Shown in pieces: positions 14,071-26,900 of a stretch of 64,000 nucleotides of DNA. Position 1 is the first letter of the stretch. Every line of letters begins with the position of its first letter. A program made the position numbers and the translations under genes. The notes below the pieces were generated by a model. It did no database searches, was not told the DNA's origin, and saw only the letters and a list, made by a program, of their open reading frames with translations. The stretch comes from Octopus vulgaris (lineage: Eukaryota), in assembly GCA_951406725.2 (NCBI GenBank), contig OX597814.1:196664001-196728000 (forward strand), read 5' to 3'.

Positions 14071-14330
14071 TCAATAAGAAAACAGCAACATATTGATAAT
14101 ATAACTAACAAAAAGAAAATAGCGTAAAAAACAGAATAGCATATCCTGCTCCAGTATGTTATTCATAGAGGCAGCTTCACCAGCTGAATATTTCGGAAGT
14201 ATTTGAAACCTGAGGTATTGGATCAATATCATACTTCCGGCAAAAGCATAAACTGCGCAATTATATACAGGTACAGAATGAATGGAGAACAATGTCAACA
14301 GATACACCATTCCATTTCGCACTAAACGTA
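14071..14330 (-). other. Candidate last exon of a putative spliced minus-strand transcript
   Basis: Acceptor GTCTTTTCAG| at 14331 in unique non-repetitive sequence; reading frame stays open to the stop at 14071. No homology recognised. Confidence 0.2.
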
Positions 14331-14791
14331 CTGAAAAGACCCAACAATCAGAAAATTTAGAAATTCAGAAGATCACGTGACTGAACAGTAACGAAAAGAA
14401 TAATAAGCAGAAGAAGAAAGGAAATAATTTAAAGGGTTTTAAAAATATGAAATAGTATACCTAATTTCATGTATTTATAAATTTATATACATACGAAGCT
14501 GCTCACAAGCATGTAGGTATGCAGAAATATATTTAGAAATGTATTCATAGATACACAACTATAGGCAAATGTATATGCGTATGTGAAAGCGCTTTATGTA
14601 TATGCATACGTAAAAATCGCTGAATAGCTAGTGAAGTATAAATTAATGCATTCACATGCGGCATCAAATTTACTTTTACACGCACACAAATACGCATAGA
14701 TACACACCAACAGATATATAATATACTGCCTTCTCAGTTTTTTCGCGTTTCATGTATTATTCAATTTTTTTTAGTTCGTTATATGTGGTTT

Positions 14792-14844
14792 GCCCCTGAA
14801 GAATACGTTTGAGGTTTCTAAATATATGAAACTATTAGTAGAGC
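14792..14844 (+). ncRNA. Minimal hammerhead ribozyme motif, partly degenerate
   Basis: GCCC-CTGAAGA-ATACGTTTGAGGTTTCTAAATATAT-GAAA-CTATTAG-TA-GAGC: intact core, near-palindromic stem III and GUA triplet, imperfect stems I and II. Followed by (TA)n. Confidence 0.5.
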
Positions 14845-14853
14845 TTTAATACA

Positions 14854-14885
<32 letters not shown>

Positions 14886-14929
14886 ACAAAGTGTACGTAC
14901 GCCGCTATATATATATATATATATATATA

Positions 14930-15150
14930 TAGTTAAGCCAAACAAGAAAGCACAAAAAAAACACAACAACACGAGGACGTGGAACAAATATAGTATTATT
15001 GGACGCTCAGGAAAGAAGGAAAGAAGGAGGGCTTAACGTTTCGAGCGGAGCTCTTCGTCGGAAACATAGGAGAAGGAAAGATCCAGAGAAGAGAAGACAG
15101 AGGGAAAAAAAGTCGCCAACGGTACACACGCGGTCACATTTTGAATTTTA
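14930..15150 (-). mobile_element. (TA)n-flanked Penelope-like pLTR remnant with a variant hammerhead at 15031-15065
   Basis: Minus strand reads GTTT-CCGACGA-A-GAGC-TCC-GCTC-GAAA-CG-TT-AAGC. (TA)n lies on both sides and a second fragment occurs at 8217. Confidence 0.55.
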
Positions 15151-15171
15151 TTATATATATATATATATATA

Positions 15172-15500
15172 TACAATAAAATACAAAATGGGACATGAAC
15201 GCAAAACATCCGGACAACTAGGTGATACAAACAAGGACAACAAAACATCCAGATAGACGATACAAAAAAACAAGGAGGGGTCATTCGAAGCCTTTTATCT
15301 TTAGTCAAGAACCGGATCATCTACGGAATTTCGGCTGATTAATCTTGAGATTGATCCAATCTGGTCCACTCCAAGGAAAAACTAAGCTCAGAGCATTAGA
15401 TTCCTTGGAAAAAAGCATCGAATGTAACGAAAACAAGGACGGAAAAACAGACGATGTTACACGAATATAAATACAATAAAAATAACAATAATAATAATAA
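15172..15500 (-). mobile_element. (TA)n-abutting dispersed repeat, homologous to 61900-62170, probably Penelope-like
   Basis: GGGTCATTCGAAGCCTTT...AAGGAAAAACTAAGCT.GAGCATTAGATT matches the reverse complement of 61960-62113. Confidence 0.6.
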
Positions 15501-16146
15501 TAATATGTGCCCTTTTTTCACTCAATGTCCATCTGAGTAGGCATAAGTAGATCCAGTGCTAATTAGAAGATAATTGCCCAAGTTGCAACGCATTGAGACT
15601 CATTCCGGAACCAGATAGTTCCAACGCAGCCTCTTAAATTGACACCCAAAACTGAACAAAGTGGGCTCTTCTTTTTTCACGTTTTGAATCCCAGATGGAC
15701 CGGGAACAGGGAAATCTTTTAAACAAAAAACATCCATGCAAAATCAATTCCTACCATGTGTCCTAAATAATATCTATATAAAACGTGACCCGGGAGGCAC
15801 ACACAAACCAAAAACACGCCAAATGTCAGTTTCTATTTTCTATATCGGTTTGTCTCTATCTTTTTTCTACTTTTTACCTGCCTTTTTTATTTCGTATTTT
15901 AGGTTCATTCGTTTAATATGGAATATTTTCATCTGCATGTTCATACGTTTTATAATCCGGAACAATGCCAAATAAACATCCGTCACAGAAGGACATGCAC
16001 GCATATCAACGATGTGATGTTCCTCATGGTGCATTTCTCGGACACACTGACACACACACACACACACACACACAGAAATGTGTGTGCGTGTGTGTGAACG
16101 TGCGTGTGTGCATGTTTATCTATATATAATATACATTCATATACAT

Positions 16147-16375
16147 TGTTTGTTCCTTCTCGAGACGGTTTTCCGGATTCCCTGGCGTATAGTTTCCCTA
16201 CCTGGACGAGACGCCGGTCCGTCGCAGATGAGCTGCAACATGCAGGAGGAGGAAAGAGCGAGAGAGTCAGCAGAAGTTCGCCATTACCTTCTGCCGGAGC
16301 CGCGTGGAGCTTAGGTGTTTCGCTCATAAACACACACATCGCCCGGTCTGTGATTCGAACCCACGATCCTTCGAT
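16147..16375 (-). mobile_element. Family E SINE, head truncated
   Basis: GAGCGAAACACCTAAGCTCCACGCGGCTCCGGCAGAAGGTAATGGCGAAC shared with 47725 and 58559. Confidence 0.85.
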
Positions 16376-16689
16376 CTATAGGTACTTGTATATGACTGAC
16401 GTATATAACTCTAAATATCCATCATGCACAGTATTATCACAAACTGTTTATTTGTTCTCATACGCAAGCACATGCGAACTCTTTTTCCTACAAGCACACA
16501 CAAACACACACAAACACACACATACAAGCTTCACACACGCGCACAAACACACATACACACACAGACACATATACACATTTCTCGCTATCCGTGTATCTAT
16601 CTGCTTGACTGTCAGTCTGCCTCTGTGAATGGTATATATGTTTATATACATACACATGTATCGACATGTATGCATATATATATATAGAT

Positions 16690-16860
<171 letters not shown>

Positions 16861-17365
16861 ACAACATTTCCTTAGTTGTCTCGTTGTTTCGCTTTTTCAT
16901 CGTACATGTGTGTATGTGTGGTTTTTCATAATATTCAATAAATTTCTGTTCCGTTTCCGAAATTGCAATATTCAATTTCCATATTTCATCCTGTGCAAGA
17001 TAATTTTAAATTTCCTTTCGAATACTTTCGTTTCCGAGGGGATTCTTCCGCTAAATGTGACACACACTACGTTAAGTGTCTTTTGAAATTTTCACCTATT
17101 TAATAGTAATGGACTATTCCTAATTTCCTCCCACTAATTTTTGATAGACAATGATTGAGTATTCCGTTTACATGTGAACTGATTCCTTCTCTTTCCTTCC
17201 ACAATCCTTAACTGTAATCCTAGCTGGATTTATCATCATAATTCTGGTCAATAACAAACAGTTACCAATCCATTACAGAAACATCTCAGTTGTCAAGCTC
17301 AAATATTACCGTTAATGAGATCGATGAATCCGAATTGCCCCTCCATGCAGTATCCCTGGCTTTCA

Positions 17366-19480
17366 AAGGTGGCTAGCTGCTAGGATCGTTAATACATCGG
17401 GCAAAACGCTTAGCGCCATTACGCCCTGAGCTAAAATTCCACCGAGGTTAACTTTGCCTTTCGTCCTTTCGGAGTCCTTAAAATAAGTACCAGATAAGCA
17501 CTGGGGTCAATATAATCGACTTACTCCAAGTCCTAAAATTGCTGGCCCTGTGCAAAAGATTTGAAACCGTTATTACAGAGCCAGAGCCGGCAGAACTGTA
17601 AGAGTCTCGGAACAAAATTTCGGCATTTCTTCCGGTTCCAAAAGCTGTGAGTTCAAATTCCGCCAAGATCGATTTCGCTGCTGTTCAGCCCTCGGGTTTC
17701 GATGAAATTATTTACTAATCAAATAATGGCACCGCTAATATCGACTAACCCTCCCCTAAATTTTCTGACCTTGTACCGATATCAGAAACAATACAACTTG
17801 TTTTTGTTCTGAAGGTGGCAGCAGCCAGATTCGATATCACGCCGGACAACATACTTAGCAGGCATGTTGTCCGTCTTTACGTTCTCAGTTCAAATTACGC
17901 CAAGGTGGACTTTACCGTTCATCCTTTCGGGATCGATAAGTTAAAAGTCACGCTTTGGGATCGATGTAATCGATTAGACCGATCACCTTAAATTTCAGGC
18001 TTTTTGTAAATAGTAGAAAGAAATATGTTCGCTGTGGCCATTTTTGTAGCATCTTGGGCTGTTGCTTGTCGGCGATCTGGCAGAAACGTTAGCACGCCGG
18101 GCAAAATGCTGAGCAGTATTTCATCTGCCGCTACGTTCTGAGTTCAAATTCCGCCGAGGTCGACTTTGCCTTTCATCCTTTCGGGGTCGATAAATTAAGT
18201 ACCAGTTACGCACTGGGGTCGATGTAATAGACTTAATCTCTGTGTCTGTCCTTGTTTGTCCCTTCTGTGTTTAGCCCCTTGTGGGTAGTAAAGAAATAGG
18301 TATTTCATCTGCCGCTACGTTCTGAGTTCAAATTCCGCCGAGGTCGACTTTGCCTTTCATCCTTTCGGGTTCGATAAATTAAGTACCAGTTATGCACTGG
18401 GGATGATGTAATCAACTTAATCCCTTTGTCTGTCCATGTTTGTCCCCTCTATGTTTAGCTCCTTGTGGGCAATAAAGAAATAAGAAACGTTAGCACGCCG
18501 GGCGAAATGCTTTGTGGTATTTCGTATCTGCGTTCTGAGTTGAAATGCTACCGAGGGCAGTTTTGCTCTTCATTCTTTTGGTGTCGACTAAATAAGTACC
18601 AGTTTTATACTGGAGTCGATATAATCGAGCTTTTCCCTCTCCTGAAATCAGTTGAGCCTAAATCTGAACCTAAAAAAATTGTGTTCGTGTTTTATCTTTT
18701 TATTTCCGAGTGTAAATCCTGACAAAATCGACTTTTATTTTTATCCATCGATTATCAATAAAGAAAATCAGCAGCCAAGTTTTGGGGACCAGCAGGATTG
18801 CCAATGCTGACATCGCGGAAATTCTTCTTTTTGTGCCAGACTTAGAAACCATTAATATACGTATTTGTCAATATATCATTCAACTCCAGGGTGGCGAGCT
18901 GGCAGAATCGGTATCACGCTGGGAAAAGTGCGTTGCGGCATTTCGTCCATCTTTATGTTCTGGGTTCAAATTCTGCCGTGGAGACGCGTGGCTTAGTGGT
19001 TAGGATGTCAGCATCATGATCGTAAGATTGTGGTTTCGATTCCTAGATCGGATGACGTGTTGTGTTCTTGAGCAAAACACTTCATTTCACGTTGCTCCAG
19101 TCCACTCAGCTGGCAAAAATGAGTAACGCTGCGATGGACTGGCGTCCCGTTCAGCTGAGGAACACGTACGCCATAGAAAACGGGAAACCGGGCCCATGAA
19201 CATTGCTAGGCTTTAAACGGGCGCATTTCAAATTCTGCCGAGGTCGACTTTGCCTTTCATCCCTTTCCCTCCGTCGAAATTGCTGGCCTTGTGCCTATAA
19301 TAGTTAGGAATATAATATTCAAGGCGGCAAGCTAACACGATCGTTGCATTCGTCCGTCTTTACGTTGCGATTTCAAATTTAGCTTTTATCCTCCTGGGGT
19401 CGACAAAATAGGTACCAGTTGACCACTGTGGTCTATGTAGTCCACTTACCTCTGCCCGAAAATTGCCGCAAAATTTGAAA
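17366..19480 (+). mobile_element. Cluster of about 9 co-oriented family A SINE copies of differing divergence
   Basis: Repeated GAGTTCAAATTC(C/T)GCCGAGGTCGACTTTGCCTTTCATCC units near 17.4, 17.65, 17.9, 18.15, 18.33, 18.55, 18.72, 18.96/19.24 and 19.37 kb. Confidence 0.85.
18979..19226 (+). mobile_element. Family C SINE nested in a family A SINE
   Basis: A-box TGGCTTAGTGG, B-box GGTTTCGATTCC and a GCGATGGACTGGCGTCCCG domain. 14-bp TSD TTCAAATTCTGCCG at 18965-18978 and 19227-19240. Confidence 0.9.
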
Positions 19481-19494
19481 CTAAGATCACATTC

Positions 19495-19721
19495 GTGGAG
19501 GCGCAATGGCCCAGTGGTTAGGGCCGCGGACTAGCGGTCGGAGGATCGTAATTTCGATTCCAAGACCGGGCGTTGTGTGTTTTTATTGAGCGAAAAAACC
19601 TAACAGCTCCATGAGTCTCCGGCAGGTGGGTGGTGGCGACCCCTGATGTACACCTTTGCTCCAAGTTTCACTCTTTCTTCCTGTTTCTTGAATAACACTG
19701 CGATGGACTGGCGTCCCGTCC
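19495..19721 (+). mobile_element. Family D SINE head joined to a C-type GCGATGGACTGGCGTCCCG domain
   Basis: Head as at 12722; the 3' part matches family C. Confidence 0.8.
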
Positions 19722-19739
19722 ATATATATATATATATAT

Positions 19740-19782
<43 letters not shown>

Positions 19783-19844
19783 TAAATAGATAGATAGATA
19801 GATATGTATGTGTATATGTATATATATATATATATATACGGGTA

Positions 19845-20171
19845 AAGACCCCCTTCGGTCATGAATGACCATGGGATTGCACCTAGAAAGTTACCCTCCT
19901 AGACACAAGTCCGGGCAAGGTCGTTTATGGAAGACCAGCAGTCGCCCATGCATACCAGCCTCCCCTCTCCACGCCACCAGTGTTATCCAAGGGAAAGACA
20001 AAGGTCGATGCAGCTTGGCACCAGAGACGTCGCAACTCATTTCTACAGCTGAGTGAACTGGAGCAACATGAAATAAAGTGCTTTGCTCAAGAACACAACA
20101 CGCAGCCCGGTCCGGGATTCGAGCTCACAACCTCACGATCGTAAGCTCGACGCTCTAACCACTGAGCCATG
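19845..20171 (-). mobile_element. C-headed SINE with tail type iv
   Basis: Matches 35302-35645 and 43001-43558, with terminal stem-loop GGTCATGAATGACC. Confidence 0.85.
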
Positions 20172-20671
20172 GAAACTGGGATATTGCATCAATAACCAAG
20201 TTGACAAAACTGTGACGGATATAATTCTTCCATTCTAACTCTTCCATAGATATTATTGTTGTCTTATGGATAACACGTCTGTGTTTTTTTTCGGACATTG
20301 TGATGTAGCGGACGCATTATAGACTGACCTTGTGTTACGGCAGAAAAACATAACGGATGGAAATAATTTGAGAATGACACATTGTATAAACATTGTTGTA
20401 ATGAATATTTGCTTTTACATTTCCTGGTCGAATTGTGTAAGAGAATAATCATAGGAAGATGTTTTTTTTTTATATAAAGATTTCGACCTCCGTATATACT
20501 GATGCCTTCACATACACAGATGTGTATTTATAGGTGTGTGTGTGCATTTGTATGCTTTTGTATGTTTTACTATAGTGCTTGCATCTCTCACTATGTGTGA
20601 TTGCATACATGAATCACTGTGTCTATCTCTCTATCTATCTGTCTATGTATCTGCACACACACGCATATGTA

Positions 20672-20714
<43 letters not shown>

Positions 20715-20729
20715 ACAGCTATATATGCT

Positions 20730-20780
<51 letters not shown>

Positions 20781-20799
20781 GTATACAGCTATATATGTT

Positions 20800-20833
<34 letters not shown>

Positions 20834-21022
20834 CAGCTATATATGTTTATATATACAGCTATATATGTTTATATATAAATATATATATATGTATATATGT
20901 ATATACCTAAACAGACGCTCGAATAAGCGTATATATATATTACACACATATAGCTCTGTGTGTGTATGTTTGAATGTATCAATCTATCAGTATGTTCGTG
21001 TATGTGTATCAATCTGTCTATA

Positions 21023-21202
<180 letters not shown>

Positions 21203-21552
21203 ACAAGTAGATGCCAAAGTATGCATAGTACCAATCTGTGTAAACGCTAAAACAAACGCAAACGTCTATACCGTGAAAACTCTAGAATCTCGCACATTGT
21301 CACACGCGGGCAATTATATTTGAACAAAATATTACGAAAAAATAAAATAGGCGCATCAGCAAATTCTCAAAGATGTTACAATATGGGATTTTGGAAATGA
21401 AAAACAAACGAGAAAAAGTAGCGAAATAGAGAGAAAATACAACCCATGTTTTCAGTAATCTTTACTGTCTAATCCTAGTGGCTTTCGTTTCATAGAACTG
21501 AAGATTGTCCGCATATTTATGGCATTCAAGCTGGTGATGTCAGACTCTGTCC

Positions 21553-21758
21553 ATAAGGTGGGCTGGCAGAATCGTTAGCAAGCCAGGCGAAATGCATAGC
21601 GGTATTTCGTCTGCCGTTACGTCCTGACTTCAAATTCCGCCCAGGTCGACTTTGCATTTCATCCTTTCGGGGTCGATAAATTAAGTACCAGTTACGCACT
21701 GGGGTCGATGTAAACGAATTAATACCTTTGTTTGTCCCTTCTATGTAATAGAGAAATA
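21553..21758 (+). mobile_element. Family A SINE with target-site duplication
   Basis: Consensus match, flanked by GAT(G/A)TCAGACTCTGTC at ~21536 and ~21759. Confidence 0.85.
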
Positions 21759-21811
21759 GATATCAGACTCTGTCAGCGGCAGGATGCCAGTCTGTAGCGG
21801 TACTAACTCAC

Positions 21812-21896
21812 CGAAATCGCCGGTACTGATTTGCAGTTGAAAACCGAGAAATGAGGTACCTTGTTTTGAAACTCTAGGCCTGTCCGAGTATCGAAT
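21812..21896 (-). other. Candidate 85-nt internal exon
   Basis: TTTTTAGGTTTCAG| acceptor and TCG|GTGAGT donor around unique sequence; two frames open. Confidence 0.3.
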
Positions 21897-22009
21897 CTGA
21901 AACCTAAAAATGATGTGCCAAACAGCGTCATTAGTAGGGGACGGTCCTTCACACATTTCCCAGTGCAGAACGTAAAGATGATGAGATTAATCATTCGTAA
22001 TATGAATAT

Positions 22010-22192
22010 TGGTTTCGAATATGAAGCGATTACATCGACCCCAGGACTCAGCTGGTACCTATTTTATCGAATCCAAAAGAATGAAAGATAAGAATTGATC
22101 CTGGCGCATTTGAACTCACAACGTATAGTCTGAAGAAATGCCCCTAAACACTTTTCCTGTCGCGGTAAAGATTCTGTCTGTTCACTGCCTTC
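22010..22192 (-). mobile_element. Family A SINE, diverged
   Basis: Reverse-complement match to the central domain (CATCGACCCCAG...TGGTACCTATTTTATCGA). Confidence 0.75.
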
Positions 22193-23129
22193 AATTATAT
22201 GAATGTCCCAACAATGAAATTTTTATTGTACATTTATCTTCTTATTCACCAGGAATATCATTATGAGAAAGGTGGTCACATGACCTACCAAAGCAAGCAG
22301 TTATAATCTCTCTAAAATCACACAATACTATCTTATAAAGAAAACGACACTTTATATAATGCTTAAGGAATCATATTTCATCAGTGAGTGGATTGGCTTT
22401 GATCGTAGCTCATTTTGGATTAAGGTTGATTTGGACACAAACAACAACTATGTTTCACTTCGCCATGGTCGCTACTTAAGTCAGAGTCTAAAGCTTAATA
22501 CGTAAATCCACCTGCTATATTATTACCAAAATCAAACCTCACAACAAAGTCTAGTTAAGGGTGGGTAACCCTTCTGCTGTAGGCGAAATTTCCCATTCAT
22601 TTGAATTTCAATCCTGACACTGACGAAGAATCTAAAGACCCGTAATACGGGTGGTTACATCCTAACAACTAAAAAGGCAGTTTAAAGTATGTTCGTTCAT
22701 TCCACCATTCATACGAAACCTTTCGTTACAACAAAAGGCCATTGATGACATTTCTCTAATCTTCTCTACTCTCAGCAGTCTGTTCATTTCCCAATTTTTC
22801 TTGGGTTTAAGTTATGATCTCAGCTTTTCCTTTTTTTAACCTGTTTCAGCCATAGGAATGTGGCCTCTCTGAAGGTTTTAGTCATAGTTCATTGTTTTCA
22901 TAGAGCCTGCCACTTATTCTGTAACTTTCTCCTTTGTTAGGATGCTGGCCCTAAGCAAATGCATTTTTACACCTGACAATTATATTGGCTTTTATTCTAT
23001 ACAGGTGAATCAATTAGGGACTTGCGCTCCGTTGACATAGCACTCATATACTAACAATATAATTCTCTTTACCATCATTTGCACCATATATTTTTAATCA
23101 TTTGCGGTCTGACAGAAAACGTAGTCATC

Positions 23130-23650
23130 AAAATTACTCAATAAGTGGATGGAGTCGATTGACAGGTAGTTTTGGCATTCGAATATCGCACCAGATACGA
23201 TCGACCCGTTTGCTGATGTTGAGTAGAAAGACAATGCTATAACCGTATTTCTCGATATGAGAAAGCTCACTTCTAAGTGATATAGGAACGTAGAACTCCA
23301 TCATATGTGGCACTACGGAAAGAGTATCGGTGGTCATTGAAGAAAGAGGGAGATTCTAGTTATCGGATAGTGATGTTGCTATTGGATGATTTCGTTACTT
23401 TTGGGAGTTGTAGATATGAAAGCAATAGGATGGTAGTTGGTAGGACGGATGCAATGTCCTTTTGGGGATTGGGTACCGTGTAGCCTGTTCTGAAACCTTG
23501 GAATATATTCTTAGAAAAGGAGATATTAAGGGTTTGGTATCGATTGAAGCTAACATTGTGAAGCATTGGTTCAGGTGTGGAGTGTTAAGCTGATACGACA
23601 GAAACGGAGAGATTTGAGGAGATTTAACATACGGCATGAAGTCCACTTCA
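23130..23650 (-). pseudogene. Degenerate non-LTR (LINE) reverse transcriptase fragment
   Basis: Frameshifted motifs PTNYHPIAFIS (cf. NYRPIALLS) and TTDTLSVVPH...KYGYSIVFLLNISKRVDRIW...PKLP (cf. STGDLL...GES..V.LDISKAFDRVW...KL). Confidence 0.65.
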
Positions 23651-24214
23651 AATCATTTTCTGGCGTTCAACCGACATCTTCAATACTGCAAACAAACAAT
23701 AGGAAACAAAAACATTAAATATCCGAATTATTCACAATAGTTTAACATTTCAAATCGAATCATTTCTGTTTTTTTTTGTTTCCCATCGAACGAGATCACT
23801 TATTCTTTATACTCACTTTGACGTTTCTGGAATACTGATTGAAATCGATCTGCTTACTCACATGACAAAAAGATCGATGCTCCCCTTCCTTTACATCAAA
23901 ACTCACTCATCAAGCAAAATGCTGCGTTAACCATTTTCTCTGTCAGCTGCCGTTAGATAATGTTTGCATCACTCTTTGTCCAACATATTTCTCTATCTAA
24001 ACTAATTATAAATTCAAAAGCAAATTTGAATAACGTCGAGAAGAGGTTAGGTTCTTTAGTTTTACCTCTTTAGTTTGTTTCAGGCAACGCAGTTACGACC
24101 ATGCTGTGGCACAGATTTGTTTTAAAAAAACAACACTATCCAATAATTCGTTTTATGAAGTAAAAGCTTTTAGGGATTATATTTTCATATTTTATTTCGT
24201 TCTAAAGTTTTTGT

Positions 24215-24217
<3 letters not shown>

Positions 24218-24265
<48 letters not shown>

Positions 24266-24567
24266 GTCTTTTTAATTCAGTGTGTAATCCATTAAAAGGC
24301 TGAAAATTGTAGTGTTTACATTAGAGATATTTTTTGTAATGTTTTTGTCTGTTACTGTCATTCACAATGTCATTCATATTCGGGTATTAGTGGTAACTAT
24401 AAACAAGATGAATGTAAGACTGCTGTTTTGTTAATAATGACATCGCCATAATATTAGTTGTAATTTGTATGAAATACATTCTACTTGCAGAGTGTAAAAG
24501 CATAATTCAAAGCTGTGAATTAAATTAAGTTGTAGCTTGTTATTATAATGATGATAGATGGCCACCG

Positions 24568-24599
<32 letters not shown>

Positions 24600-25120
24600 A
24601 AATGATATGATCGGCTCTCAGATTAATTGTCATCCATAACTCTACTAATACCAGACCAGTAAGATTGCTGTCACTTGAACTTTGTAAATCAACACCTGCA
24701 AGAAAAACATAAGCAATGAGGAGATTACTGAGGGATAGTTTCTAGGGAAGAAGGAGAGGTATTTTGAGAAGTGTAGAATTCGTTAGCAGGCGAAAGGCCA
24801 TTAGACACAAGATACTAATGGATCGGCGATGCCTGCTTGGATGTATGAGGGTCAATGGCCGATATTGTATAAGAAATTTAAAAAAACGATTCCGAGAGAA
24901 CGATGTCTGTGAGTGTAGATTAGAGGCTGGTCTGTGTCTCTGAGCCATTTTATAACAGAGAATCTGGGACCGTTTTGATGGACACTGACTAGGTTGTTTG
25001 CGCGCGCAGTAACTGCAACAGCAGGGGTAGCGGCAGCAGCAGCGTTCGGCAGCAGTAGCGGTACAGCAGCGGCAGCGGAACGGCAGCAGCAGCCGTGGAT
25101 AATAGCAGCAGCGGAACACC
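24218..25120. promoter_or_regulatory. Putative promoter or 5'UTR island
   Basis: TE-free stretch with (TC)n and (GA)n tracts, then a GC/CpG-rich GCA/GCG-repeat segment (24997-25115) unlike the surrounding AT-rich DNA. Confidence 0.3.
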
Positions 25121-25196
25121 ATATCTCCTAGTGACCTCACCTGAATATTATGCACCGTATTGGTCTGGATCAAAACCATGGATTTAATGACGGAAA

Positions 25197-25303
25197 ATGA
25201 TCAAGTTTCAATCTCAAAATAGTAATAATTTAGTAATAAAAAGCTGTGTTAGCAGACAGAATTTGCTGGCATTGTTATGTTGTCTACAAACTGTTGTTCG
25301 GGG
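25197..25303 (+). CDS. Candidate first coding exon with a signal-peptide-like end
   Basis: MIKFQSQNSNNLVIKSCVSRQNLLALLCCLQTVVR(G) then GG|GTAAAG, a possible donor, downstream of the GCA-rich leader. No downstream exon found. Confidence 0.2.
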
Positions 25304-25664
25304 GTAAAGCAAATTCTTCCAAGCTGTCTTCATAATCTACAAATATATCTATCACTGCTCCACATCCGATTAATTAATTACATATTTCTGATTATATATT
25401 AACATATTCTGAAGTTTGATGACAGCAAATATTAAGTAAAAGTTACTAATCAGTGAGTATTTCGTATTTCTGGTGAATTATGAATTGTTACAGAGCAGAG
25501 AAAATTTTAAGAGATGAAAATTAAAGGAAATAATCTTCGAAAACTATATAATTCTATATAATTCTGCTTGGTTTCTTGAAATGCAGCTGAAAGTGAATTT
25601 TAGCAAAGTCTCATGCATGCACACATACACACATATACGTAGGCATACATGCATACACATACAC

Positions 25665-25695
<31 letters not shown>

Positions 25696-25737
25696 CATAC
25701 GTACATACATACATACATACATACATACATACATACG

Positions 25738-25949
25738 TACAAAACTTAAAGGACTGACCACTAAAAGTGGACGGTCAACATGCTAGATATAGACGTCAAA
25801 ATCGCTATTGACGTCAGCATGCTGACCGTCCACTTTTAGTGGTCAGTCCTTTAAATTTTGTATGTAACAATATTTTAATCTTCGGATTTTTTAAATATGC
25901 TAGGCCACTGGTTTTAATTGGTTAATATCAATTTCTACCCTTATTCAAT

Positions 25950-25950
<1 letters not shown>
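25738..25950. mobile_element. Fold-back insert in a (CATA)n tract; same family as 61248-61424
   Basis: 47-bp inverted arms at 25738-25784 and 25816-25862. Shares ACTAAAAGTGGAC...ATGCTAGATATAGACGTCAAA with the 61.3-kb copy. Confidence 0.7.
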
Positions 25951-25987
<37 letters not shown>

Positions 25988-26021
25988 CATATATATATAG
26001 ATATAGATATAGATATATACA

Positions 26022-26053
<32 letters not shown>

Positions 26054-26079
26054 CGTATATATAAACACACATATACATG

Positions 26080-26207
<128 letters not shown>

Positions 26208-26491
26208 CATAGATAAATAGAGATACGTATATATATAAAGAGAGAGACCGATGACCTAGGGTTCAGGCAATATTCTGTCTAATGTCGTAATATAATAGAT
26301 ATACAATAATTGCTCAGTTTTACTTACATTCTAAACCTCTGACTTAACTGCAAATTAAACTAAATGGTGTTGTAGCTACCTAGCAATGAATGTCTATACA
26401 TCTTTCCTCATTGAGTGAATAGATATATATTAGAAATGAAGAACGAACAGACAACACGGTTGGAATAGCTTTAGACCATGGACTTTATATA

Positions 26492-26900
26492 TCTTTATAT
26501 ATAAAAGTGAGGTTGTGTGCTGTCTGTCTCCTACGATTTAGATTCCTAACTACTCCCACATTTTGCGGTGCAGTTTACCCAAAACCGGGTATCTTATAGT
26601 CGTGATTCATATCGAGCCCTTCTGGGTATTAGCGCGCGTCTACGATGAGTCTACGAATTTTAAAAAAATTACCATCATTTTTTCCATTTTAATGCATTTT
26701 TTTTCGCTATTATATAAGGGAAGTAACTATCTAAAAATGTCTACGATGAGTCAACGATTTAAAAAAAATTTACCATCATTTTTTTTCCATTTTTAATGCA
26801 TTTTCGTGCTATTTTTTGGCTATAACTCTCTAAAAATGCTTATATAGTTATTTCCCCTACAAACCCTACAAACCCGAGCAACGCCGGGCGATACTGCTAG
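26492..26900 (+). mobile_element. Non-autonomous Helitron-like element with an internal ~100-bp duplication
   Basis: A|TC start, hairpin plus CTAG|T end; the GTCTACGATGAGTC...TTTACCATCATTTTTT unit occurs twice. Confidence 0.85.

Noticed and set aside
22615-22660. CTGACGA hammerhead-like start (also CTGANGA at ~11492, ~49958 and ~58393)
   Set aside because: No properly placed GAAA with paired stem II and NUH site.
24742-25179. 145-aa Cys-rich minus-strand ORF
   Set aside because: The Cys runs are the antisense reading of the GCA repeats; only the first 13 codons were used, in the speculative spliced model.
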